A stretch of DNA of 64,000 nt from Eledone cirrhosa (Eukaryota). The notes under the pieces are model-generated. The model was not told the DNA's origin, did not search any database, and worked only from the letters and a program-made list of their open reading frames with translations. The position numbers and the translations under genes were made by a program. How positions within the stretch are numbered: the first letter of the stretch is position 1; each line of letters opens with the position of its first letter. The stretch is from the NCBI GenBank assembly GCA_964016885.1, contig OZ024741.1:381672001-381736000 (forward strand), given 5' to 3'. Shown here in pieces: positions 12,562 to 25,726 of the stretch.

Positions 12562-15500
12562 ATGACCTCACTCAGAATAGGCAGCATAAATGCGCGTGGC
12601 TTGGGGTCGTCATTGAAGCAGGGTCACCTGCTCAACGACCTCAGATCACTAAACATAGATGTAGTGGCCATCAGCGAGACCAGAATCTCCGAAGCACGGG
12701 CCTTCGCACCGATCTTCGGCGGCTACGATGTGTACGCATCTCCCAGCCGTCCTGGATCGGGGGGAGGAGTTGCTGTGCTTTTTCGGATTGGTTTGGATCT
12801 CGCCATACGGCCATCTTCCTGGACCCAGAGGGTAAGCTGGTGGTGCTGGACGTGACCAGCGGAGACGGGCAAGCTTTCAGGCTAGTGGCCGTCTATGCCC
12901 CGACAGGAGCAGGGCGGCCTGATTTCTTTCGGCGTCTGTAGACCTTTCTTGGAACGTCCCGCTCTTTAGTGTTAGTGGGCGACTGGAACGGGATCTTAGA
13001 TGCACGCTGGGACTGTGTGGGATTAGCGGATATGGGTGGAGGGTGCTAGAGCCTCACCAACCTGCTCAGGCGTTTTGAACTGTCTGACAGGCACCGATTG
13101 GATTTCCCGAATGTGCCAATGTGGACTTGGACAAATCGTATAGGGTCATCCAGATCATATCTAGATAGAGTATTTTGTAGGGAAATAGATAGGTCTAGCA
13201 TAGGCTGTCCACAATTCAAGATAGTCAGCTACACGGACCACAAATTCGTGATCTGTGTGCTTGACTTAGATAGGCTTCATAGACGAGGACCCGGCTACTG
13301 GAAGCTAAACGCGTCCTTACCAGCGCGCAAGGCCTACAGAGACCGGATTAGCGAACTAGTTAAGCGGGCGTTGACGGGGGCCATCGTCAACAACAAGTGG
13401 TGGTTTGCTCTGAAAAGAGCGATTAGAATAGAATCGATTAGGTTTAGTAAGACTTTAGCAATAGAGAAAAATAGAGCAGAGGGAGAACTAGTTAGAAAAT
13501 TAGACGAGGCGCTTAGCAAAGGCATTGCGACCGACGTGCTTGCGGCGAAATTGGCCCTTGACCAATTCTTCAAGGCAAAGCACGAAGGCTGAGTTGTCAG
13601 AGCAAGGGTGCGTGCTCTCAGACACGAGGGGACGAAAGCCGTTCAATGGGCCCGAGTGGCGAAGGCGCGTCGTGGCAACAAAGCCACGATCCGGTATTTG
13701 GTGGACCACGACGGGCGCATGCTACTCGATCCCGGGCAAATGTGTGAAGCTTTTCAACGACACTTCGCTCAGCTGTTCGGGGGCAGCGGTGGGCCGGGTA
13801 GAGGGATGGACTTTAGTGTCTACCTCGACGGACTGCCGCGGCTCTCGGCCACTGAGGCGAAGTGTTGCGAAAAGCCGATAACAGCCGCTGAAGTAAGGGA
13901 GGCAATGACTGGCTCAACAAGGGGTAAATCGCCTGGTTTGGATGGTCTGCCCTATGAACTTTACGTACAGATGCCAGACTTGTTCGGAGGACTCTTGGCG
14001 GACGTCTACTGCAACTGGCAACAGAACGGGAGAATTCCCAGTTCTGTGAGCCGAGGAGCGGTGGCACTACTGAGAAAGGATCCGAACAAGGGGGATAACA
14101 TAGATAATTTCCGGCCCATAACTCTGCTAAACACAGAGTTCAAGATTTTGGCCAAGGTTCTAGCAAAGAGGTTGGCGCTTGTCATTGGTGGTCTGGTGGG
14201 AGAGGCGCAGACATGCGCCATTCCCGACAGATCCATCCACGACAACCTCCACCTCATGCGATACATCATAGAGAGGGTAGCTAAGGAACCTGGCACGGGT
14301 GGGTCCTTGATCAATTTAGATCAGTCGAAAGCTTTCGATAGGGTCGACCATCGTTACCTAGCGGCCGTCCTGAGGGCGGCTGGCTTTGGGCCCGTCTTCA
14401 GAGGCTGGATCGCTGCCATGCACAGCGACATTTGCTCTGTGGTGTGAGTGAACGGTCACCTGTCGGAACCGTTCAACATCGTGCGCTCGGTCCGCCAAGG
14501 ATGTCCCCTCTCGTCCCTCTTGTACGTATTGACTCTCGAGCCATTACTGCACAAACTGGAGACGTTGAGGGGAGTCCCGCGCGAACTAGGATGCGGAAGA
14601 TCCGTGTCAGCATATGCGGACGATGTCACCGTAGTGGTGTCGAGCGCCAAACACATCGAGGCGATCGGCACTACACTAAGAGAATACGAAGCGGTGACAG
14701 GAGCAATGATCAACCAGGAAAAGTCAGTGGGCCTGCAGCTCGGCACCTGGAGAGGCAGGTCCATGCCGTCCAACAGCGTCGTCGGACGCTGGACGGACGG
14801 ACCGGTTAAATTGCTAGGGGTCTGGTTCGGTCTGGACCTCCAGACGGACAAAAACTGGGACGAGGTGACGAGCAGGGTGGCTTCTCTCACCCAGAAATGG
14901 GCGGAGAGGAAGCTATCCCTGAAAGGTCGAGCTGAGGTGGCTAACGCGTACATCGCGTCTGTCATCTGCTACCGCCTGACCGTCGTACCTTGTCCTAAGC
15001 CTCGCCTGACTGCGCTGGAGCGTTTGCTCTTTCGCTTTTTTGGAAGGGACGCGCTCCGATGGTCAGGCGGTCCAACTGTTGTCAACACCCGCTACGTGGA
15101 GGGCTGGGCATGCCGTGGCTGATGATGCGCAGGCACACGCTCAGGCTACGACATCTCCACCTCTTCCTCGACGGTGATCAGGTGTGGTCGCCGTTTGCTA
15201 GACACGTATTTCCCCAGCTCGTTTCCTTGACGGAGCTGCAGTCCTGGGTCAAGCGAAGACCGAGAGGGAGCGCCTGGAGACTGGAATGTCTTCAGGCGCT
15301 CACAGCCCCCGACCAATCAGGCAATGCGATCGGTGGAAACTCCACCTCGGCGTTCTATAGAGGATTAGTGGAGGGGAAGAGCGACGACGTACTTGGGGAA
15401 ATTCTAGGCGTCGACGAAAATCAACTAGCCAATCTCTTCGGAAGAACTTTCGGGCCAGGGCCTATGGACAACTTCCAGAAATCTCTGGCCTGGCAGTGCT

Positions 15501-15979
15501 ACCGAGGAGCCTTGCCAATTCGGGATAAACTCTACAGGCATGGAGGTGCCGTCAGCCGGGCATGTCCGAAATGTGCGCAGGGCGACGAAACCGTCCTGCA
15601 CGCACTCGTCCAGTGTCCGAAAATTGCTGACTTGTGGGTTTATGTCGAACACCTGCTGTCGCGTTTAGGACGGATCCGGCTATCATCTGAGTCCATCGTG
15701 AGGATTGCCCCGCCCTCCTCCTTTAGCCGGGAAGGGCAGGCAGTTTTTATCTGCCTGGTGGCCATGGCGAAAGAGATAGTATGGTGGACCCGTTTGAAAG
15801 GGCTGAAGACGAGCACTTACCTCTTCGGTGATGCCCTGATTGACTTTTTCAAATTTCATTTGAAAAGGAAAATCAGAGTAGAGAGGGAAGTGCACTCTTC
15901 CCAGCATTTTGTTGAAAGATGGGTGAGAGACGCAAGAATGGCCCGAGTGAATGGGCCTACTCTGAGTATATATCTGTAA
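12562..15979 (+). pseudogene. LINE ORF2 (APE-RT-Cys/His), disrupted
   Basis: MTSLRIGSINARGL start, GDWNG, SYLDR, YTDH, KSPGLDG, FRPITLLN, QGCPLS, YADD, CPKC..ETVLHALVQC; several stops and frameshifts. Confidence 0.93.
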
Positions 15980-16286
15980 GTTAAAGGTGGAAAACTGGGA
16001 GAGGGCACTTGCCTTGGTGGTCAGGTTCATTGTGGCTTTTTACTGGGCTTTCTCCACAAATGTCCCTCCGAAGCCTCCCCCCTATTGGGGAATTTTTCAT
16101 TGTTATTTTTGTTACATCCTCTGGTTTTTTTTTTAAACGCAGAAATGCCCATTTGTACCGTCCTGCATTGTCCTGAACTGTCCTTAATGTCTACTTTATG
16201 TAAACCATTGTGGTTAATAAAGAAATCATTATTATTATTATTGTTGTTGTTATTCCTTGAATCTCAGTCATTGAATAACCATATAA

Positions 16287-16472
16287 GGGCGGTAGATTGG
16301 CAGTATCGGTAGTGGGTCGGGCGCCATGCTTTCCAGCATAGTTACGTCCCTTTACGATCTGAGTTCAAATCCCGCCGAGGTTGACTTTGCCTTTCATCCT
16401 TACGGGGTCGATCAAATAAAAGTACCAGTAATGCACTGGGTAATTGCTGGCCTTGTGCCAAAAGTAGAAACA

Positions 16473-16510
<38 letters not shown>
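16287..16510 (+). mobile_element. Full-length tRNA-derived SINE with (ATT)n tail and 28-bp flanking direct repeat
   Basis: GGGCGGTAGATTGGCAGTATCGG head and GAGTTCAAATCC B box. TTGTTGTTATTCCTTGAATCTCAGTCAT occurs at 16244-16271 and 16510-16537. Confidence 0.88.
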
Positions 16511-16511
<1 letters not shown>

Positions 16512-18149
16512 GTTGTTATTCCTTGAATCTCAGTCATCGATGTTGGTTAACTGGAAAGTCCGTTGGAATGAATATCAAGCCACTACCTGCAGCCTCAGAT
16601 ATTCAGGACGTATCGGAGGGTTCTTGCTGTTCCCAGCAAGCATGCCTTTTGAAGCGTTCCAAAAAGCGTGAAGGGGCCGATTTTCTTTAACCATACCTGG
16701 AAACTTTTGGAGTTAGTCCCCAGTGCGCCTATGACAATCGGGATCACTTTGACTTCATGGCAGTTCCAAATCCTTTTCACCTCCCACTTTAGGTCCTGGT
16801 ATCGGTTAATTTTCTCCCTCTCCTTCTCTTGCACTCTCGTGTCGAAAGGGCAGGCCACATCCACAATCAGACACGATCTTTTTTCTTTGTCCACAACCAC
16901 CAGGTCAGGTCTATTGTGTTTCAGTTTTTTGTCCGTCTGTATCCTAAAATCCCACAGCACCTTCACCTGATTGTTCTCCATCACCGCCTCTGGTCTATGC
17001 TCATACCATTTCTCAGAATGTGTTAAATTGTTTACTTTGCACAGGTGCCAGTGGATCACCCTGCCCATCACATCGTGTCTCCAGCCCTTATAGTGGGTCT
17101 GGGCTAGGTGTTTACACTCGGACACAATGTGAGCCACAGTCTCCTCTCTCTCTCCACAGATCCTGCACAGTGGGCTAGCCTCCTCCTTGTAAATATGGTG
17201 CTTGTACCACTTCGTTTTGAGGGCCTGCTCCTGCGCAGCCATTAGCATTCCTTCTGTAGCCTTTTTGAGGTCTCCTCTTCTCAACCAGTTCCATGTCTGT
17301 GGATCTCTAAATTCAGTTTTCTCAAAGAAGGTACTATGAAGGGATTTTCCCTTAAGGCTGCTCTTCCTCCTTGATGTTATTTCCTCCTTGGACAACCCCT
17401 GGCCTACTGTCCCCTCCTTCAGTACAGTTCTGAGCATTGGCTCCTTACTATAGGTCACGTATTTGTATAGGTTGTTTTTCTCCATCTGAACACAGTCCTC
17501 TATGCTGATAAGACCTCTTCCACCCTCAGATCTCCTTAGGTAGAGTCTATCGACATCACTCCTCTTGTGGAACATGTTGTAGATAGTCAATAGCTTCCTA
17601 GTCTTCCTATCCATTTCTTTTTGTTCAGCAACATTCCATCTCAGAATTCCCGCACTGTACCTAATAATAGACACAGCTCGGGAATTTACTGCGCTTATGG
17701 CATTTCTGCTGTTCAGATGTGACTTCAATACGCTCCTTACTCTCCGAATGTATTCAGTTCTTAACAATTCCTTCATTTTTTTGTTCTTTATGCCATCAGC
17801 CTCCAGAACGCCCAAATACTTGTATCCTTCCTCAGAGTCAATTTCCTTTATCATCTCACCTGTTGGTATCTGGATCCCGTTACTTCTGCTCAACCTACCC
17901 CTCCTCATCACAATGACTCCACATTTACTAATACCAAACTGCATACATATATCACTGCTGAAAATACGGACAGTGTCAACAAGCACATCCAACTCCTTCT
18001 CACTTTTCCCGAAGAGCTTAAGATCGTCCATGAAGGGGAGGTCATTGATGGTAAGCTCTCCCTTTCCCAACTTGTATCCTGCTCTCACTTTTCGCAGCAT
18101 AATGGTCAAGGGCATCAGGGCAAGGACAAACAACAGAGGGGACAGGCTA
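16511..18149 (-). mobile_element. Second R4/Dong-clade element (different family), 5'-truncated inside RT; remaining 512-aa frame open
   Basis: LSPLLFV, FMDDLK, YKYLG, CRIC..ETVAHIVSEC, RHD, NRPDLVVVD, IVDVACP. (TAA)n at both ends. Confidence 0.9.
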
Positions 18150-18186
<37 letters not shown>

Positions 18187-19539
18187 TGATTTTTAAACAG
18201 TTTACAAACAGGTAAATGATAATAACATTTTCATGTTTTAATAAAGACTCTTCATAGTCTTTAGACTCAACTTCGAACACGTTATAAAATTGTATTCGAT
18301 ATACACTATTTTATGGTTGAATGAATAATCATGAAACATTTGTAGAATCAATTTGTAGTCAGGAAAATATGTATTGGCAGTAATTTGTATTGTATCTATC
18401 TAAGTAGATTTACATTTACTTTTGTCTCCCCAGTGTATTTTTGTACATAATATCGTTCACCTAGCGTTGCTCTATACGACATTCCCCAGTCCCATGTCTG
18501 GAAGATCTAGTATCATCCCCACCACATTGAATAACCATTATAGTGGCCGTAAACCATCATCATCATCATCTAAATGGCCATTTGCCCTAGTCCTACATTC
18601 TTCTTCCTCATTATTCTATCATTTAATTGGCAGATACTCTGCTATTCCCACTAGGCTCTGAAATATACTCATCCTGGCATTGTTAACTGACCTAAATTTG
18701 CAAGTCCTTGGAATCACAAGAGGGATATTTTTTATTCAGACACCCTCTGACCGGTCAATTTTAGACACAATCAATTATCTTGAATAAACTTTTGGAGGTC
18801 AAATTCAAATGGACTAACTCTCCCTTGGAACCCAATATTTTGAATAAAATACACGCATGCAGAGACATACATACACACACACGCCCTTAGCTTCAAGTGC
18901 TTTAAACATGCACATTTATACTGTGCTTTTACTGATGTTGTGCACTAACATAAACTGTTAGAGGTATATTGTTGGAAATGTTTACAATCTAATAAAATAT
19001 GCGAGTATGTGAGAGAAAATAGTAGTAGAAAATAAACAGGCATTTCTTCAGAAACCACGGAATCATATTTTGGGTTACTGCTAAATATCAGCAAGTTTTA
19101 AATTATAAAGTAGGCTTTCTTTTAGCATTCATCAGATATGCACCCTCTTTGAATTTATGAAAGACAATTCCAACTTGTTACAGGAAATCGAAACTCGTTT
19201 CCACTAATGTATATTTAAACATACATACATATGCATACATCCATAAATACATACATACTACCGACCTATTGCATGATGGTATGTAATGTATTAATTGAAT
19301 ACAAACTTTATGAATGAATTCTTCTAGGATAATTGACAATGAGAAATCATCACAGATGAGCAAGCAGCTATGAAGAACGGAGATTAGGGTGGTGGTGGGG
19401 TGGTGCTGAGCATCCTCTAATTATCAAAGCTGCCACGACATAGGAAGAGCGTGATTACAATTTTTCTGGTATGCAGGAAATATTCGATTTTGTTCCCAAC
19501 TGTTGGATGCTAGAGGTCCTTCGATATGCTACACTACCA

Positions 19540-19990
19540 GATACAATTAATAGAGGCATAGAAACCCTATCCTCTGCCTTGCCCAATATCGCGTAATTAA
19601 ATGCGGAGAATGGGGACTATATTTTAACTGATAAAATTGGATACAGTCTCTCTGGGATGCTGTTTATACTCTGAGTAAACTCCTTGTCTATTATGCTGAG
19701 GAAATATGAAGTATATGTAATCGGTTCACTGGATGCTAGAATCACAAACCTAACACATAGCTTAGTTGTGAATGAACTGAAACATTCCCAGAATATAAAT
19801 GGTATGAAGAAAACCCTTGACCTGGTCACGGCAGTCTCAATGGGTATAGAAATGGAGAGTAAAAGCCAATCTTTGCAACATCTGTATCAATCCTACTAAC
19901 TGCCATTCTAATTGGCATTCAACATCAGCTAGTGACATAGATTGCCTCTTCTTGAAACGGGAACAGGGGGGTACTGGCTTACACTCAGAC
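19540..19990 (+). pseudogene. Highly decayed non-LTR RT fragment (R4/Dong-like)
   Basis: Hand translation near 19636-19705 gives GYSLSGMLFIL*VNSLSIMLRK, resembling GDSLSPLLFVLALMPLTIMLRK of the Dong elements. Boundaries approximate. Confidence 0.4.
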
Positions 19991-20109
19991 CAAATATATT
20001 TTGAGTATCACATTATATATATCTTGGATAACATGTACCAACTGATATGTTTGTGGTAGTAGAAACATCTCACATCTCCGCTTTGGCAGATGGTTACTGA
20101 ACTGGCTTC

Positions 20110-20386
20110 AGAACAGTAGAATTCCCAGTTCTGTGGGCCGAGGAACGGGAGAGCTGCTGAGAATGGATCAGAAAAAGAGGGACTACATAGAAATGGCAGG
20201 CCTATAAGTTGCACTACATATAATTCAAAATTTTGGCGAAAGTGTCGGGAGTCTGATGGAAGAGGTGCAGACATCCCCCACTTCAGACAGAGCCATCCAA
20301 GACAACCTCAAGCATATGCGACACTTGGATCAGTCGAATGTATTCGAAAGGGTCGATCATCGATTCCTTGCGGCAGTCCTCAGGGC
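20110..20386 (+). pseudogene. Old fragment of the same L1/Tx1 ORF2 (RT region)
   Basis: GAATTCCCAGTTCTGTGGGCCGAGG, CCATCCAAGACAACCTC and GATCAGTCGAA..GGGTCGATCATCG match 14030-14380. Confidence 0.75.
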
Positions 20387-20800
20387 TTCTAACTCTAAGT
20401 AATTGAAAGTTATCCGGTTCGACACGACAGCCTTGGATCATTCAAAGTATTGTAATAGACAGAAATTGTACAGTGGTATGTTGGATGTGTGCAATGTTAC
20501 TGTAATTCAAAAATCTACAGCTTGATCACACACTCTGGTATGTTAATTCGTTAAGGCTACATAGGTTAAGGCTATATAGGTCAGTAGTATATTAACCTAT
20601 TTAAGTGATAATTCATTCAGTTGGTAGTTCAGTTGATGAAACAATTGCATATTCATCGTCGAAATTGACATATATCCCTTCAGTTATGCTCTAATAAGAA
20701 AGAAAACCACCAAATTTAGATTATATGGAAGTTGTGTTAAATGCCGTATGATTACCTCCAATAAATTTTGAGATGTCTTCTACGTTGATTGATGTAGCGT

Positions 20801-20855
<55 letters not shown>

Positions 20856-23510
20856 GTACCGACCACCTATGTTAATTATAACTAATATCTCACTTAATTG
20901 ATAGTTTCTCTTCAATGAACATAACATTTTGGGGTACAGAGAAACAATATTTCACACATATCGTATAAGCTTCATTTCCTTGTATTACATTCACACAGAT
21001 CCTAGGATTATTGGAACAAAGCTTGAATATATATAATTACACGATATCCTGCGGCATTTCTTGCATGTATTATTGAGTCACAGCACAATAATAAATTCAC
21101 AATCTGAAAGCCTTTCACCTGCCCTTGCCTCGTATTCATATTCTATTATTGGGAAATCTGACGGAGTAAATTGTGGAATTTCTCTAGAGTAAGCTGATTT
21201 GTTACAATTGCCCTTATGATTGATATTAATAGCATTATAATCTTCTTCATGATAATAATACACTCTTTTATAGTAATCTATATTCATATATCTAATAAAA
21301 AAAATATTAGCTCGTTTGAGTATAATAGTAATACTATATCTTCCATCACTATTTTCTAGTCTTATATTTTGTAATTTGTATTTCCCTCCAAATAATAATA
21401 CTTTATTTTTACTGGTTTCATTTTGTCGCTGTTCTATATCTTTCTTAATTTGCATTTTCTGTTGAAGTTTATGTATAAATGTACATAGGTATACATACAC
21501 ATATATAACTAATTGTGTGAATGAGTGTGTGTTTGTATGCGTGTATGATGTGTGTGTGTATGCATTGTCACGAGGACACTGTTCAACGGAGTAGAAAGTG
21601 GAACGTACGATATGATAACATAAAACAGTTGCTATTCGTTTGAAGAAAGTGGAGTTTGCCATTCGATCAATTATTCTTGTTGTTGCAGGTTGAGTTATTA
21701 TAGACGATAAAACGAGATTAGTGGATGTGACTTTGTTGGCTGAATTCGTCTATTTCGTCTTCTATATTATTTATACATTCATTATTGTTCTTTTCAACGT
21801 TGCGATTATTGTTGTTGCTCAAAATGTTCCGTTTGATTTTGTTATCGTGTTTGATGTTACTAATGTTTTTTTGTTGTTGCTGATGCTGTTGCTGTTGGTT
21901 TTGTTTTTGTTTTTGCTGCATTAGACGTTTACATATTCGAACAAGTACAGCTTAGTATTCAGATACATAAATATAATTGGAATTAAACGGGAAGCTAATA
22001 GGCTTGTGAATGCGTTCGTTAGAATCAACACGTTAACAACTTGATTGTGTGACTAATATAGAGAACAGATAACAATGTATTGTAAAGAGTGGCCCAAAAT
22101 TCACTAAATCATTTTAGAATATGATAAACCTATTTATCTATTGAACATTAATTGTATAAAAGTTATTAACATTTAAAAGAGTCTAATGATATTCGGCAAG
22201 CCTGTACAGCAATCGAAGTTTTACACTGATCATCTATATTCAATTATTGCTGGATCAGTGTATTTCACTGCAATCATTCTATAAAAAAACTACACATCTT
22301 ATAAGTGAACATTTGACGCGGATTTGCTCTGTACTGTTTCCTGGAAGTTGTATTCTGGTTGACCTATCGTTAACAATAACTTTGAATGAGTTAATATGAA
22401 TATTGTCTTCCTCATGTGACGAGGTACTTTTAAGCATCTGCAGTAATTTGACCCCGTAATGTCAACTTCCAACAAGTCATGACACAGCTTTCACAAATAT
22501 TAATGTGTTTACGATTGAGAAGATCCGATATTGTTATTAAGAATGACATTTCGGTGATATTATTTGCACTTTTGAATGCTTTAGTCATAACTTTATTATT
22601 CACTTTAGTATGTATTGTTCATAAACAACATTACCTATAATGAACATAAGCAACAGTCGTTTAGCGATATATTCTTAATTCATTTTGATTGACAAGCTAG
22701 TTCACATCATGAAATATAGTTATGATAATCAAATATTTCATTTTCACAAAACAAATCTAAAATATGAATAATTGTCTTGTATAAATAAGAAATAAATATT
22801 AATCCTATTTTAATCATTTCGTGTTGAGGCTGTACATGAAACCCCAATCTATCGGCATACGAGTTTAAACGTTTAGTATATACTCGATAGGGTTGTGAAT
22901 GACGAAACAAAGTAAATTGAGAAATAAAAGGAAGACATTTACACTGTCATATTAACTGCTAAATATAACAGTTATATGTCTCTGATACTAGACAATATTA
23001 CGTTAAATAAAGAACGACAAGAGGCACCTTGTTAAATAGTCTATTAGAAACATGATGTTTTAAAACTATGGACTATTTACGGTTTGTCGTTCTTCGGAAA
23101 ATATCATCTCAGGTAATATGTAACTAAACAACACCTACAACATGTAAACGAGGAACCAACGAATACACTATTGTATATTTGCTAATAATGTTAGTAATGC
23201 TAGAAGCAACAGCAAGTGTACTCTCAAATTCATATAAAAATAAAAGGCCAGTTTTCATCATGTAGTTTATGATGATACAAAATGGGTAGAACTCCACGTA
23301 GACACAAGCCGAACTGGATAATAACTGGCATAACGCTACGAAGACTGTTATAAAACTTGTGTCTTTTCAGACCACATTTTCACCAATGTACGGAAGTTTA
23401 ATGTGTCACACTTATACAAAAAGATTACAAATTGCAAGATATTCTTAATCGATAAAACCTAAACTTACTTATATCATTTATTCTTGAATCATAAATCCAA
23501 TTCCAGCATC

Positions 23511-23562
23511 GATTACTGATTATTGTTTAGCATACGCAACCCTGTCTAGTCAATATATCTTA

Positions 23563-23616
<54 letters not shown>

Positions 23617-23668
23617 TAAGATATATTGACTAGCCAGGGTTTCGTATGCTACACAATAATCAGTAATC
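23511..23668. repeat. Palindrome of ~55-bp inverted arms around a (TA)n core
   Basis: GATTACTGATTATTGTTTAGCATACGCAACCCTGTCTAGTCAATATATCTTA is mirrored by TAAGATATATTGACTAGCCAGGGTTTCGTATGCTACACAATAATCAGTAATC, with few mismatches. Confidence 0.9.
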
Positions 23669-23972
23669 TATATAATACAAAAAATGGTGTGATTGCTTGC
23701 TTGTCTGTAATGTAATGCAGCCAACAGAGTGCATAATCGGAAAATACTTTGAAGGAATCGACCCTGAAATGGGAATACAAATGAAATAAAACAGGTTTCG
23801 CGTAAATCGGAGCAGGGTTTCCCGAGATATGGGGTCTTTCCGAGTAAGTTCCTAAATAAAGAGAGAGAAATGTAGCGAGGAAGAGATAGTGGTTATGAGA
23901 GAGGAGATTGAAATAGGGACATAGAGAGAGGGAGAGGAGACAGAGAAGGAGAATGGACGAGAGCTGGTGGGT

Positions 23973-24026
<54 letters not shown>

Positions 24027-24300
24027 ATGTTTGTGTGTGTGTGTATGTGTGTGTATACATATATGTTTGTGTGTGTATCTATGACCAGTGTATATAGATC
24101 ACAGACAACCACGTATATGTATACAAACACACATATTTATATATATATACATACACCCATGTATGTATATATATATAAATGGGCCTTCCAGTTTCATTTC
24201 ACATTATATACATGTCTATGTATATTTTAATTATTTAAACATTATTTTTAATTGAACATGATTTTAAAAAAACTATTTTGAAGTAAACGTCACCCAATAG
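23667..24300 (+). mobile_element. Non-autonomous Helitron-like repeat (family shared with 37330-38613)
   Basis: Starts TCTATATAATA. Both halves match 37340-37670 and 38495-38600. Confidence 0.6.
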
Positions 24301-24577
24301 TTTATTATAAATTCCGGTTGGCTGGTTGGTTCGATAACCTGATTGTTGTTTATATATTGTCAAAGCACTTTCGCCACATATTTTGTGACCTCCTTTGTCC
24401 TACGCCATCTTGTTTCTGTGAGTTGTGTGCTTTGTGTTTGGTTCGTGCATGCGTTACATCCGGATGTGTATATGTTTTTATTTATTTGTTTATGTGTTTA
24501 TGTACTTGTCACTATTTGGTTGTTTATTTTATCTGTGTATAGTTTGTAGTTTATGCATGTCTTCATTTTATCCTTAA

Positions 24578-25726
24578 CTAGCAGCAGGACCCGACGTTGC
24601 ACGGGGTAGTAAACTTGAAATAGCAACACGCATATGCAATAATTGAGGAATGTAGCCGTGTACTTTTTGAATTCCGTTATTCTCAGGGAATGATTGTTCA
24701 TCTACTGGAAACGTAGAACACCAGCAGGCAGAATCCAGTTGTAGCGGTGTTAGTGGGCTGTATGCGAAAGGAGTAAGTAAATGTTGTGGGGCGATGTATG
24801 TCGTAAGTCTGTTCACGAATTACGTCACAGATGGGGAACACACGTCAGTCTGACGGAGTGACGTAATATATTTGTGAAAACCAAGTAGGAATGCACGTTT
24901 AAGTAGGGATTTTGAGATGACGAAATCAGCGTGGCAACACAGCTGCAGCAGAAGGGGTCATAGTGCAATTAGCACAAACACTGGGCGGCACTGGTTGCAC
25001 TGCATTTACACAGCAACAAAGGTGCGAGAAAAGGTGTTACTGCGGAATTAGCACAACCGCTGTTCAGCGTACTTGCGCAGGACGTTCTGACTGCAGTGTA
25101 GGTGCAACAAAAGGGGTCTTAGTAGAAGTAGCACAGACGTGAGTTTTACGGTGTCAATAACACGGCAACGTACAAAGGGCCCGGATTTGTGCGTGATGAA
25201 AGTACGAAGCGTCGAAAGGGCGCCGACAAATATTTTAAGGTCCTCCTCATTTCCTCAACCCCAAGAAAATGATCCTGGTAAGAAGTAAGTAAGTGAAGTG
25301 TCCTCTGTTAAATAAACCAATTTTTTTAACGAAATATTATATGTTACTTACGATGTTTAAGTAGCGTTTATAATGAAAATTAAAAAGGCTTCTAATGCCC
25401 AATGCTAATTCGTAAATTTCCTAGAAACCATTAATGGAATCGGAAATCTTTTTGTCCACATCAATGTGAGGGGACTAACTAATGTGTGCTACAATTATTG
25501 AGGAAATCGGTAGGATTATCTTTAAGTGAGACCTCCAAAATTATTTTTTTTAAATGCCTAAACAATGCGGTTTTTCGCTTAATGCGAACCCTAGGGCAGA
25601 AAAAGTTAACCTTTTTTCAGCCTATTACACTTCAAGAAATATAAGTAACGTATGTGTAAAGTTTGAAAAAATTCGGTTGGGTACTTCTTGAGATTTAGGG
25701 ATTTACACAGACAGAGAGACATCCTT

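Larger units (their letters stand above)
10214..16227 (+). mobile_element. L1/Tx1-clade LINE, copy B (full length, less decayed)
   Basis: 5' UTR, ORF1, ORF2 and 3' UTR with AATAAA near 16216, flanked by (ATT)n on both sides. Confidence 0.92.

Noticed and set aside
1233-18215. Antisense ORFs overlapping the LINE and Dong ORFs (e.g. 11575-12213, 14456-14965, 17697-18215)
   Set aside because: Shadow frames of GC-rich or low-complexity TE coding sequence, with no motifs.
22083-22540. Possible Tc1/mariner remnant starting AGAGTGGCCCAAAA
   Set aside because: Partner TIR and coding motifs not found.
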